Under the pieces are notes generated by a model. The model saw only the letters and a list, made by a program, of their open reading frames with translations. It did not search any database and was not told where the DNA came from. A stretch of DNA of 63,885 nucleotides, filler included, from Squatina squatina (Eukaryota): assembly GCA_031763465.1 (NCBI GenBank). It is 4 parts of 3 records of this genome, joined end to end, with 100 filler letters (N's around TTAATTAATTAA, not from the genome) between each part and the next. Parts side by side here need not be neighbours in the genome. Positions count along the whole stretch, not along the records: positions 34,124 to 51,342 come from JARFOE010000162.1; 3 more parts are not named here. One strand, 5' to 3'. A program made the translations under genes and the position numbers. Below are positions 38,311-51,442 of the stretch, piece by piece. Within the stretch, counting starts at the first letter, position 1. Every line of letters begins with the position of its first letter.

Positions 38311-40899
38311 GTAGATACCAGCGGCAGGAGGAACAGGAATCTGAATATGTTAATGAATCAATCTAAACTTGCATTAAATGGCTTGAATCTATTTGTAGTC
38401 CTTGGTTGGAAGCTTTGATCTATGTATCTCACTGGTTAAACTGCATTGTCAAACTGTGCCACCTGTTCCCATCAAGTTATATTGCAAGGAATTAAGTTGT
38501 GTTACTGTTGAAGATTGCTGTTAGAATACTGATGCCAGAGTAGTGGTGACTGTAACTCTGAAAAATTTTGGCCAATCTATTTCTGAAAGAATTGGTATCT
38601 GGTCCAAATACTCTGGTATTATGGAACATATAAATATCCTTAACAACTCTGTTTATTTAAAGTTATAGTGAAAATAAAGTGAAATTGAATTATCTGCTAT
38701 AAAATACAATCTACCAGATATATGTATAGAGATAACTGTTATCTGGGAATAAAAATGTGTGTGAACATCCATCATTCTGTCCCTTTATAAATGGGAGTTG
38801 AATAAAATGAACACTGAACAAGGACTTTAATACAGTGTAAGTAATTTGGCAGTCTCTGTGATAAGATCCAACCAATAAATGCTACAAGACAATTCTTAAA
38901 CGATTAAAAAAAATTCCCAATGTTATTCTCAAAGCACACTTTTATTGCAAAATGGCTTTGGCACAATTTACTGACTGAGATTGTATTTTCAACAAGCAAT
39001 ATTTTAGCAAAAGTGTTGGGGTAGAAATATAAACCCTTATTTTGTCATTGTACACATTATTGGTAATTTATGATTATGATTCTGTTGCAATGGCAGAACT
39101 TTGTCCTTTTAAAGTTCCAAGATCTAATTGTTGTAATTAAGCATATCACAGACGAACTCTTCTATAGACATTTGGCAAGGTCAATTCGCAAGTAATTCCT
39201 TCTCTGTAGATTGTCAGCTGGTTGTAAATCAATGATCAACAAAAAACTAGCAGGGAATCAATGGATTTCTTTCCCTTTGTTCTGCATCTGTATCTAAGTA
39301 CGATGGAAGTTTGATGTCTGAAGTGAAAAATAGGAATGGATTAGTTCTCATTGAGTGAAATGTTAAGTTGTGTTGAATGGAACAGTACTGAGTGTTTCCA
39401 GTGCAGAGATTCAGCAGCTGGTTGCATATGCACAACCCATGATTTCTATTCATTGGGAAAAGGCCTGACTGTGCATGCTTGATTTCCTGATATGTGAGCC
39501 GATCAGAAAGAACTCATCAGAATTCCATCAAGGTCCAGCAACACCTCAAGTTTACAATTCTCATCTTTGTTTTCAAATGCCTCCGTGGCCTCACCTCTCC
39601 CTACCTCTGTAACCTTCTCCAGTCCTACAACTCTCCGACAGCTCTGCAACTCCCAATCTTTAATCCAATCTTTCTATCCATGTCTTGAGTACACACTATA
39701 ATTATCTTCATAGGTTCAAAGATACAGCTGATTTAGATTGCACAAGCAAACAACACATGAAAGGTGAGATGGGCTAAGAGGCATTGGAGGATCAGAAATA
39801 TGAGTTAGGCTCTGCTGATGTCAGTGAAATTGACTGCAGCACTTGTCTCTAATTTTATCAATACTTTTAAGACCAAAAGGAGTACCACAATCGCATCGAT
39901 CAGCCAACANNNNNNNNNNNNNNNNNNNNNNNNNNNNNNNNNNNNNNNNNNNNNNNNNNNNNNNNNNNNNNNNNNNNNNNNNNNNNNNNNNNNNNNNNNN
40001 NNNNNNNNNTCGTGCACTGGAGGCGATGCTGGATCTAGTGGTCTCAGTCTGCCCTAGCTGAGAGGAGACTCCCCAGGTATGAAAAGTGATCCACGTTGTC
40101 CAGGGATTTGGCATGTATTTTGATGTTTGGGGGTTGGTGGTGTGCAGGCTATTCCTGAAAGCAACTTCTGGGTTTCCGCATTTAACTGCACATGTGCGGA
40201 CACCACAAGTTGCTGTCAGTTTTACACAGTAATGACGGCAATCAGTAATCAAGATTTGAGCTGAATGGTTTCGTGCGCCGGCCGTCCCCTACTGGGCTGC
40301 TGAGATATTGCATTCAGAGGACGTTGCATGCACTGCACTTGGAAAACGCCTTTTGTAAAGGTATTCGGGACTTGCATTTTTACAGATGTAGAGCGGAATT
40401 TACTATCTGGGTGCTGGGCGAGACTACACAGTTTGAAAGGGGAGGCAGCACGCTGGAATAAAAGGAAAGTAAAGGTTGGGGAGGGGACAGACTGAACGTG
40501 GCTCAGCAGTGACAGACTGCAAGTTTTACCTCCATAGTATTTCGAACGCTCGGCAGCGCTGACACTGTGATAGCTTCCCCGGGCCCCACCCGGAACTAAA
40601 AAAACGTGTCTGAGGCTTTCAATTATATAACTTGTACAGAATTTCAGCTTCATCACTCTGTTCTGGGCGGGACACCGAAGAGAATCAGCCATCAAGCTGT
40701 TTGAAATTGCGCTGAAGTCCAGTTGCTTGCCAAGGGTACAGTGTTTAAAACAGATTTCTGCATTTAAGACTAAGGCATAACTGTAATCATTTGTTCATAA
40801 TTTAAACTAACTTATTTATTTACTGTATATGTGTGTTTTCAGTGTTTTCATTGCCGTTCTGTATATTGATACTGTCTTACCCCCAGGTCAGGCTGCACC

Positions 40900-41126
40900 A
40901 TGGAAATTGACACAGCCTGCGGTTTTGGAAGCCTTAAACACTACAAATATTTTAATGACTCTGTTGATGAAAATTACACGATTCTTCTTGATCACTGGTC
41001 TGACAATGTTACCGACCTCATATTGGAACCGTCAACCACCATCAAAATGACCATCACCGTGGTCTATCTGTTTGTTTGCCTAGTGGGTCTGGTGGGCAAC
41101 TGTCTGGTAATGTACGTTATCATCAG
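40900..41126 (+). CDS. OPRL1: Nociceptin receptor first coding exon (N-terminus and TM1)
   Basis: Acceptor ccccag ends at 40886; Kozak gcaccATGg; N-glycosylation sequons NDS/NYT/NVT; TM1 ...VGNCLVMYVII(R)|gtaagg. GNCLVMYVI is NOP-like. Confidence 0.88.
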
Positions 41127-41604
41127 GTAAGGCTTGGATTTTTCATGTTATACTGTTGTATGTGCATTTCAACAACAAAANNNNNNNNNNNNNNNNNNNN
41201 NNNNNNNNNNNNNNNNNNNNNNNNNNNNNNNNNNNNNNNNNNNNNNNNNNNNNNNNNNNNNNNNNNNNNNNNNNNNNNNNAGGGTATAGTTACAGCATAA
41301 CAAGTTTACATAGGCAGTTTCCACAACAAATGTGGACATAAGAATAATAATGTGAATATAAAAATAAGAACAGAACATAGGAATGTAAAATGGGGACAGA
41401 GTAAAATCTGTGCTCCTTGGTCCAGTTACCTTACCCTTTAACTTCACTTGATCTAAAGACTATCCTAGAACTTGACTCCTCATGTGCAATGCCACAGGGA
41501 AGCAATTAGTAATACACCAATGTGCAGGATCATTGCAACAAACCTGTTTGAGAATATTCAAGTCTTAACATGTTTTAACTTGCTTTCTGTCCCTTTTGTT
41601 CCAG

Positions 41605-42125
41605 AAATTGAATGCTTTTTGGTTCATCCTCAGCCTCACAGTTACTGGAAGCCCACAATTGAAATCGCTGTGTTTCTTTTTTCCTTTGTTATTCCAGTCG
41701 CTATCATAACAGTTTGCTACACATTAATGCTTAGGCGGTTGAGAAGTGTGCGTGTGCTTTCTGGATCAAAAGAGAAGGACAGGAATTTGCGCAGAATTAC
41801 AAGAATGGTCTTAGTGGTTGTTGCAGTCTTCATCGTCTGTTGGACTCCAATCCATATTGTAGTGTTAGTGCAAGCTATCTGTAATCATGAAATCATGGNN
41901 NNNNTGCCAAGCTGGTATTTTTGTGTTGCTCTTGGATATGCCAATAGCAGCCTCAATCATGTTCTTTATGCCTTTCTGGATGAAAACTTCAAAAGGTGCT
42001 TTAAAGAATTTTGCTTTCCCTCCACTTTTAAAACAGAACTTAAGGTGTCAAACGGGATGAGAAGTATCACAAAAGGTGTTGCTTACTCATGTAAGAATAC
42101 AGATGGGACTGAAAATGTTGCATGA
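41605..42125 (+). CDS. OPRL1: Nociceptin receptor last coding exon (ECL2-TM7 and tail); the TM2-4 exon is absent, presumably in the gap at 41181-41280
   Basis: ttccag|EIEC...[22 protein letters not shown]...CWTPIHI...[10 protein letters not shown]...[26 protein letters not shown] and the tail align with human OPRL1 (VRSIAKDVALACK). 6 Ns at 41899-41904. Confidence 0.9.
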
Positions 42126-42212
42126 CTAGAAGTGGAGACTCCTTCTGCTTCTGGCCATCAGGAGAACAAAATTAACTCAAATGCGGAGCTGACTCAAATT
42201 ATAGGCCTTTGA
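42123..42212 (+). other. OPRL1: Stop-codon readthrough signal TGA-CTAG and in-frame C-terminal extension
   Basis: TGA at 42123-42125, CTAG at 42126-42129, then 28 sense codons LEVETPSASGHQENKINSNAELTQIIGL and TGA at 42210-42212. Confidence 0.8.
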
Positions 42213-45200
42213 AAATAAACACTTTTGCTGCATTTTCAAAATGAATAAGGCAGACACATTTCTAATTTCAATAAATCGAGTGCTGTTTATTTAAAATGAG
42301 CAAATCAAATTAGTAATCTCAGCGGATAATGAGTCAGAATTTGAAACATGACATGAATTACTGTAAGAAATTTAAAAAATAAACAACACAGGTAAATTCA
42401 CACAGCTGTCAGTTTTTCAGACAAGGCTAGCTTCCCACTAGAAATGTATGATGAGTTAAGCAACTCTTTAAGCTATAGTAATGCTTGTCGACACAAAAAG
42501 CAGTATTTGATTATATCAGATATACTAATGCAAATTTGATAAAGATATTATTGCATGTTAGTGAAATATAATAATCTTTTCATCATGGGGTAAATGTGAT
42601 TGTTTTACCACAAAGTTGAGAATAATATTAATGTCTGCCTTTTGTGACTGAATGTAAAGCACTTTTTGTAAGTTTCATTACTCCAGTTAGAGGCTATTTG
42701 ACTGTAAGCACAGAGCGCACTTGCAAAATATTGAATATTTTTGGAGGCATGTTACCGAGGTCAAAATAACCAAGAGGTAAGAACAAAGCAGACTTCTGCT
42801 TGTTAAAATAAGTTACTTATATAAAAATTACAAAATATACTTGTGATTGTAATAAAACCTATTGCAGGGTATAAGCTGAACTATCGCNNNNNNNNNNNNN
42901 NNNNNNNNNNNNNNNNNNNNNNNNNNNNNNNNNNNNNNNNNNNNNNNNNNNNNNNNNNNNNNNNNNNNNNNNNNNNNNNNNNNNNNNTGACCTCAACATG
43001 TGTGCTATGAAGTCACTAAAACAACAGTGGATGATGTTGTTTGTGTTTTGAGAATGGAAGATTTTACAGGTACAATGTACAGTCAAAGCAGCATCGGGGA
43101 CACTCAAGTGTACTGCTCATTTCATCCTTTGTATATGAAAGCATCAGCAAAGCCATGTCCTAATCACAAGGCCTCATCATGAACTCTCCTGTCTGAGCTG
43201 GAAGGTTTGTCAGTTTTCAGATAGATACCGAAGGGTGGTTGTCACCTCCTAGGAATGCTTTGTCCGAGGTGGAGGAAAAGCTAACCCACTGTGCCTTAGC
43301 TCACTTAAATCTGGTTACTTGTTGGTCCCTCACGGAAGACCATGGATGTCCGAGGTGGAGAAGGCTATGGTTCATTGTCTTCACCTTCTCAACTGGACGA
43401 ACATGTGTTCTAACAAGTCAAGGATATTTTAAGAAAAAAATACTTTAAAGATGTACATTTTAATCCTGTCACATTCTGGGCAAAAATGGGCATGAGCTGG
43501 AAAGGTTTTATTTTCAAATCTGTATTTAACAAATGATATAATAATTTTGACTTTAATTGATTGTAAAGTACAGGTTCAAACATTTAATACTGGTTATTAA
43601 AAGTAGGCATTTGAAAATGTTCAATTTCTTTTGCAGCTTTCTAAATATGTATTCCCATAGGGCCTCATTTCCACATCTGGCAAATACAATCAAGTGGGAA
43701 TTACACTTGGATACACAAACACAACTCTTAGTATCATTAGTAGGAACTACCATTTCCAGTTTTGATTTGATTTTAAAATCAATTTCTTTGTATTTTGTGC
43801 ACTAAAAGATTATAAATGATACAATTACTATAAATGGCTGGACTATAAGAGCTGGGTTGTACTGACTAATTTGTTTATGCTCTAGTCGGCAGGACTGAAG
43901 TAATTTCTCAGCCGTGTCCTGGAGGTAGTGACACTGTGGGGCTGGTGATGGATGATATAATGTTGTCCCACTATGAGCATGGTAGAAAAAAATCTGAAGG
44001 CTCATGTTTTAACTCGCTTGCTGACAGTTTGTGAAAAGTTAATCAGTAGTCGAGAAGGTAAGGTTCCATGAATGCCTGTATTAAATTTCTTTCTATTGAT
44101 TGATTCCCCTGTACATCCTCCTTTTGTGTTTACTTGTAATTTTCCAATCACTAAGTTAAAGCTGCTGTTGTGCCCTATGACAGGTCCTAACTCAAGTCTC
44201 ACATGAGATTCTTGAGCCACTTACTAGAGCTCTCCTGTTGCCCTCCTTGCAGTTTTTATCTTGGGAGTCCGTTCTCCTAGGTAAGCTGCAACCAAAGCTG
44301 GAGAGCCTCCTCTATCATTTATAATGGGGTAGGGGGAGGGCAGGGACACCCACACCTACCAGACATAAGTAACCCTGTTGGACGTCAGCCCAGTATTCAA
44401 AGCCAGCTTTCCACTCACCAGAGCCAAAGCCCATCCCTTCTGACTCAGAGGCAGGAATACTACCATGGAGCCTGTGGTCTCTCCCTCTAGATGTGAATAC
44501 ACTGCTGGACAGCAACCCAGTATTTAGGAAGCTTAGCCAAGTTTCTACTCACTGGGGTTGCCTGATGTGGGGCTTGAGCCTTTCACCCTCTGACTCAGGG
44601 GTAGGCATGCTACCACTAACGCAAAGGCTCATTCCACTTCTAGCATTGCAGAACTTAAAATGGTCATATGCTGTAGAAATACATTTCAGAATAGAACACA
44701 ATCACCTTAAGAGCTCTGCCTCAAAATGAATATTGTGTATTCATTATGAACACATAAAAACCCATTTAAACTATGAGGTCAATGCATTTCCCAGATTGGA
44801 TAGGACCCTCGGAAAACTAGCGAAGCAACTGTCTGTATGGATGCAATAACTATCCATTGCATTGGCACTTATATAGAAACATAGAAGATAGGAGCAGGAG
44901 TAGGCCATTCGGCCCTTCGAGCCNNNNNNNNNNNNNNNNNNNNNNNNNNNNNNNNNNNNNNNNNNNNNNNNNNNNNNNNNNNNNNNNNNNNNNNNNNNNN
45001 NNNNNNNNNNNNNNNNNNNNNNNAGTTTCTCTGTAGTTTCCGATACATCATTTAATTTGTTGTTAAGATGCCTAAATCGATCATTGGGGCTGTACTGGTG
45101 GTGGACTGGGAACTCCACTGCCACCACATGCGGTACATTAGGTACAGGGTGCGGCTCCAATTGCAATAGAGAGAGAGGATACTGGTCAGCAGGAATGGAT

Positions 45201-45779
45201 TGGGTACAGCTGGATCATGGAGTTGATCCACATTTAATCCTTGGCACCCATTATGGGTCTCCAGATTAACATGTAATTATGAGATTTTGCTGCAACCTAA
45301 TTAAGCCAACCTAGTTCACTGTGAAAAAGATAAATCACTAGTAGCGCCATTCATGAAAGAGGGTGCTGGTTTTCAGAAAATAATTAAATCAGGAACATTT
45401 GAGCATTTTAAGCAATAAACATACCAAATGTAGGTTTATAAAGAGTCTTCAATCACGATTAGGACGTTTCAGAAGGAATGCCATTTGTAAATGCCATGTG
45501 ATTAATGCACAAATAGGAAAGAAAAGGCCACCAGATAACTCCCATCATGTTCTCACTGCTGAAACTGCAAGTGTAAAATACAGAGGTATTTAATTTGTAA
45601 ATCTATTACTTAGGATAAAAAGAACATTCAATAAGATTTTGGATCCAATATCATCTTGTGATTATGTGGAATATATTGTNNNNNNNNNNNNNNNNNNNNN
45701 NNNNNNNNNNNNNNNNNNNNNNNNNNNNNNNNNNNNNNNNNNNNNNNNNNNNNNNNNNNNNNNNNNNNNNNNNNNNNNN

Positions 45780-46142
45780 CATACAAAATTCTTACAGGGC
45801 TTGACAGCGTAGATGCAGTGAGAATGTTTCCCCTGGCTGGGAGGGGGGGTCACAATCCCAGAATAAGGGATTGGCCATTAAGGACTGAGATGAGGAGAAA
45901 TTTCTTCACTCAGATGGTGGTGAATCTTTGGAATTCAGTACCTCAGAGGGTTGTGGAGCTTAGTCGTTGAGTATATTCAAGGCAGAGATTGATAGATTTT
46001 TGGATGTTAAGGGGCTCCAGGGATATGGGGATAGTGCAGGCAAGTGGAGTTGAGGTAGGAGATCAGCCATGATCTTATTGAATGGCGGAGCAGGCTTAAG
46101 TGGCCAAATGGTCTACTCCTGCTCCTATTTCTTATTTCTTAT
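45780..46142 (+). mobile_element. CR1-clade LINE 3' end
   Basis: gactgagatgaggagaaatttcttcactcag...ccaaatggtctactcctgctcctatttcttat. Confidence 0.88.
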
Positions 46143-47267
46143 ATAGGGTGGTGTGAGTCCACTGCTGTAAAAGTAAGACCATTAGATCACTTAAGGGAGA
46201 GATTGACCCCTGAACCCAAGAAGCTATGGCACCTCAGGTCTGCCATCTTCTTGCACATTTGCATGGGAGATGACATTTACTCTGGCAGTGAGTTCTTCCC
46301 AGCTGCTCTGCTCTGCTCAGCTCCGGGGAGAATGTTCTGGGGTAGAAGAGAAGGCCATCCTTGAATCAACTTCATGAAACACAACATCTTCTTTGCTGCA
46401 TCAGTTCTTCTGCTTGAACCTTCCATAGCCAATCAAGACACTCGGTTTTCTTCCAAAATAGTTTTCTCAGCACTCTCTCTACTGACCTCTGAATAGCTGC
46501 TGTAGCGCTGGGAATTCCAATCAGGTGTATGCGAGCTCCAAGTGGTAGCCTGCTGGGCAAACAGACAAGCAATCATGCTGCAAAACTGATTGCCCAAACA
46601 AGGAAATTGAGGCGGCAATAACCGTGTGCAACATGTCCAGTGGCTGATTTCACCCAAATCAAAAATTTACACAGTAGGTACAAACTAGTAAAAAGGAAGC
46701 TCAGGACTAATACAAGGATGCACTTCTTTATGCCAATAGTGATTAATACCTGGAATAGCCTTCTGAGTGAAGGCAAAAACTCTGAACTATTCAAGATGCA
46801 GTTGGATGCTAGACTGAATTACTTGAAATACAAGATGGTTGACCTCAATGGATCAAATGGAACTTTCTTGTCCTTGATATTTTCTTATGTTCTTACAAAG
46901 CACATGAACACACCCTGTTTGTGTGGCCCGCACCTCATGGGGTAGGATATCTGCTCATCATGGCGATTGTATCACAAATTTCCAGCCTAGATGTGGGGGT
47001 GAGGTTTAGTTTCAAGGCCTGCTGCAGGGTGGGAGTGCAACCAGATGCTGTGCTGCCTGCAAAAAATTCCAGTAGCTCCTCTTCAGCCTGTGCAAGACCG
47101 TGTTCTATGAGTGCTTCCACAGGTACTAGGAAACATTACTGCAGTCAGAGGAACACTGAGCACCCAGNNNNNNNNNNNNNNNNNNNNNNNNNNNNNNNNN
47201 NNNNNNNNNNNNNNNNNNNNNNNNNNNNNNNNNNNNNNNNNNNNNNNNNNNNNNNNNNNNNNNNNNN

Positions 47268-47490
47268 TCCTGGGAATCTCTGGCCCAAGACTGCCTGAAC
47301 TGGAGGAGAAGCATCCGCGAAGGCGCCAACCACTTCGAGCTTCTCCGGCGGGAGCATGTGAAGGCCAAGCACAGGCAGCGAAGGAGCATGTGGAAACTTG
47401 AGCTTTCCACCCACTTGCCCCATCAAACACCACCTGTGGCAGAGTTTACAGAGCCCGTATAGACTATTATTGGAGTGGAAGCAGGAGAAG
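47268..47490 (+). mobile_element. RTE-clade LINE 3' fragment
   Basis: Translates as SWESLAQDCLNWRRSIREGANHFELLRREHVKAKHRQR...TCGRVYRARI, the typical WExLAxDRxxWR RTE C-terminus. Confidence 0.7.
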
Positions 47491-50400
47491 GGAGAAGGAG
47501 AAGGGAGAAGGAGAAGAATTCAATGGATGTAGACGACATTGCCAATAAAAGGTCTAAATTATATACAACTAATCTTGTCCATATGGTTAATTGCATTTTA
47601 CTGATATGAAAGTGCATTCACTTGCATATTAAAATGTGCAATAGAATTATATTTTTTGAAAATAACTTTATGACAGAAAATGTGGATTGAAAGTACGAGG
47701 CACATTTGGAAAAACCATATGGCACACTGCAACTTTAATTTAGTTGCAATGAATTAAAAAACAGCCATGCCTCATGATCAGATTCATCCAGAAACCTCAG
47801 AGACTGAACTGAAATAGAAACATATGGTCTAGTTTCTGTCCACAATAAAACTCTGCACTTCAATTAACTTTCCTTCTTACCTTACTGAAAAGTAGCAATA
47901 AAAAAACTCAAACAGTAGAATTATCACATTGTGGCTACTAAAGATATGCAAACATATGTGGCAGGAGTTCACTTTCATTCAAGCATGGCANNNNNNNNNN
48001 NNNNNNNNNNNNNNNNNNNNNNNNNNNNNNNNNNNNNNNNNNNNNNNNNNNNNNNNNNNNNNNNNNNNNNNNNNNNNNNNNNNNNNNNNNCCACAAACTT
48101 AAAAAAAGACCAATTAGGTGCCCTTGATATCTTCTTGTTTTATGCAGTGGAAAAGGTCACCCACAATCAGCAGAAAAAGCTTCCAGGGTGGAGGAAGGGC
48201 AAACATCAGGCCCTTAAGTAGGAATGATGAGGAAACTCTACAACTCCCTGGGAGACATGCTAGGGAGGTGATGGGAGATGAAGAATTTGGAGGAGAGCTG
48301 TCAGGTTCAGATTGGTAGGGAATTGCTTAGCTGCTGTGCTGCAAGTGGTGCAGACTTCAAATATTCTGAGTATTGAAAGGCCTTCCATCAATTGTTCAAT
48401 AGTTTATCCTGAACCACAAGTGAGAGTGCACAGTTCTAAAATGAATGACCCTTGTATCCTTCATAGGTGTTGTCCCTTTATAGAAGAAAGGGCATGATGA
48501 TCATCCTAGCAGCTCCACAGAGCCCATTCGTTCCTTTGATTCCCTGTCATGGCACCTTATTGATACAAGCACCAGCCCAGCTACATTCACTCTGGAGTAA
48601 CTTGTGAGACAGAGTGAAACCCAGCGCATCAGTGAGAAGAGGAACTGTGAAGGGATGATGAAGAGTCAACTGTCTCTTCCTGGGGGCTGAGGACGACAGA
48701 AGCAACTGGCCTCGGCTGAGAAACCAAAGGATCCAGGTCTCAGAACAGAAGTATGATGCGAGAGTGTAGATCTCATGTGCAGGCAGTGGAAATGGTCTTA
48801 TCTTGTGTGCTACAGATATTGGATACATTGGAGAAGTGTCTTGCAGGAGTAAGTAACAAAAAGTCTGGATATTTCCAATTTACAAATTGGGTTGATGCTT
48901 TGCTACAAAATCTATTTAAAATTTGGAAAATACAGCCCGGGTTATGGTCCTTGATGTTCATGCCAAAAGGGGCCTTTCTTGACTTAACGCCTGACTTCTA
49001 AAACTAAATGTTAATTTTTCTCAACAGATCATTAACAATGAGATATAAAATCTTGTTGGAAATATAGCAGTGACCAGCAGTCCTTTAATATTTTCTAAGC
49101 CTTTGTGCACCAAGAAGGAGCACAGGTGTTTTGCCTCAAAGACTGCCTCTCTTGTTCTGCACTTATCTGGATGGTTAGACAAGATTTGAGCTGTCTCAAC
49201 TTTTCATTTGATGCATCTCAGCAGTATTTCTCATGTGTTGACCATCTTGCTCCAGCTGAGAGTAGAGCTGTCTCTGAGGAATTGTGGGTGTAGAATCCAG
49301 GATCTACAATTTGTGGGNNNNNNNNNNNNNNNNNNNNNNNNNNNNNNNNNNNNNNNNNNNNNNNNNNNNNNNNNNNNNNNNNNNNNNNNNNNNNNNNNNN
49401 NNNNNNNNNNNNNNNNNGGAGACTGGGGAGGAGGGGTTGCCAGGCAGCAAACTGCACATAAGACCATAACTGCAACTTTAATAAAATTCATTCAATAACC
49501 CATAACACATGTTCTTCATTGACTATTCATACAATAATATGCTTTCAAAGAAACTAATTAAAGTAGCAGATTACATTTTTTCAAAAGTGCTTTAATTTAA
49601 AAAATGTATGCCTATCAGGGGACCAACTTTAAAATCTGAATTATGATCACTTAGGCAGTAGTCACTACACATTGCTATCAGTAAAAGCTTTATTCATAAT
49701 ACTTTGCATTTCCATATATTTAGAGAGACGACTTAAATGGAACATACATTTCAAAACAGAGAAATTTATTNNNNNNNNNNGAGCCGAAGTTCATTTTTTA
49801 TTTCTTTTATGCAGTAATAATGAGGATTTGCAAACTTCTCTTAAAGGGACCGCAGTGGACTTCCCCAAAAAACTAAAAATGTGGATGTGGCATTGATTTT
49901 TGTGGAGCCAGGAGAAGCATGAATAAATCATTTGGCCCCCTGCCGGTTCCCCTATGCCCCTCCCCGAAGATTGCAATTGCAATTCTCTGTCCCACCCCCG
50001 GCCACCCCTTTAACAAATATCACCCGGCTAAACTTTGCAGAGGAGCCTCCCGATTGGCAAACTGCCAGTCAACGCTTGTTGAACACTGACTGCTTACCAA
50101 ACACATTGAAATGAGCCTTGACCATGAAAATTGATCTGGCCTCTTGCTGGTGCAATCGGGTAGGTGGTGCAATCATTCCACCCACTCCCTGCCTGCTACA
50201 AATCAGCGCCACAGATATTTTAACACAGGAAGAGGCCGTTAGGCCCTTCTGGCCTGTGCTGAATCTAAGCTCTCTTGGGTACTGATTTTATATAGTCCCA
50301 ATTCACTTTCTCCCTAAACTCATTTCTATTCTTCTTCAAGTAATTGTCCAGTACCTCTTTGAATGTTGTAACTGATTTAACTTCAATCACCAATTGTGGG

Positions 50401-51342
50401 AGAATATTCCATATTCCAAGAACTCTATGTGAAAGAGTTTCTTCTAATTTCCTAGACAGTTGATCATATTCTTATCAATGCAAGTAAAGAATATAAACAA
50501 ATAGGTTAATCCAATAAGAGAAAGTAAAACCTTTCAAAAATAGGGTAAATGTACTAAAAAGCTATCCCAAAACATAAAACATAAAATGCTGTATCACCAT
50601 CAGTAGGAGACCTGCAGTGAACATGGCACTAAATTGGCAGTTTTGTTAAGAAAGGTTGTAGAACGTGCAGGAAATAGAGAAAATAATTGTTCCAGTGTGG
50701 TTGAGGTATGCCCTTATGAAGTTGGGGTTAAGGTGTATCTTTGGGGCTGACCTGAGTGTTTTGCCTTGTATTTAGCCAAGCTATATCTGATCTTGGAAAC
50801 TTGATCCTGCTACTGAGTGACAAAAGAGGTAAAGTGTTAAAAGTATTCCATTTACCTTGATGAATGTAGTTCAGCACAAAATATGGTAGAATACTTCTGT
50901 GTACACTGTATTTACACAGACATTAACCCATCTATTTTAAGTGGACTTCTGCCCATGTTAAAAAGCACACACGTTAAGTGTTTGTAAATGAACTTTGGAG
51001 ATTTAAGGTTCTAAGAGCTTAAAAAATATTGGTAAAACATTTAACAATGAGTTAGTAGGACAGATTTTCCAATTGATTATTTCCAGTTATAAAATGGACA
51101 TGGTCAATCAGAAATATGTTACACTGATTTCCACTGAAATAGCTCCCAACTTAAGTTTCTGGTCAGAACTGCTTGCCACTTTCCCCATTGCAATATTTAC
51201 ATGAGGCCCAGATAATATAATTTGAGTGTCCATGCAATTTCCTTGCACAGCAATAGTCCTGAAAAATGAGTGCCCAGAGTCAGTGTTGTATGCATATTTA
51301 AGGACGCCAAGTTGAAGACTTAGGGGGAGAAATTGACTGCCT

Positions 51343-51442
51343 NNNNNNNNNNNNNNNNNNNNNNNNNNNNNNNNNNNNNNNNNNNNTTAATTAATTAANN
51401 NNNNNNNNNNNNNNNNNNNNNNNNNNNNNNNNNNNNNNNNNN
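51343..51442. other. Artificial scaffold-joining linker N44-TTAATTAATTAA-N44
   Basis: Same 100-nt design; 12-mer at 51387-51398. Confidence 0.95.
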
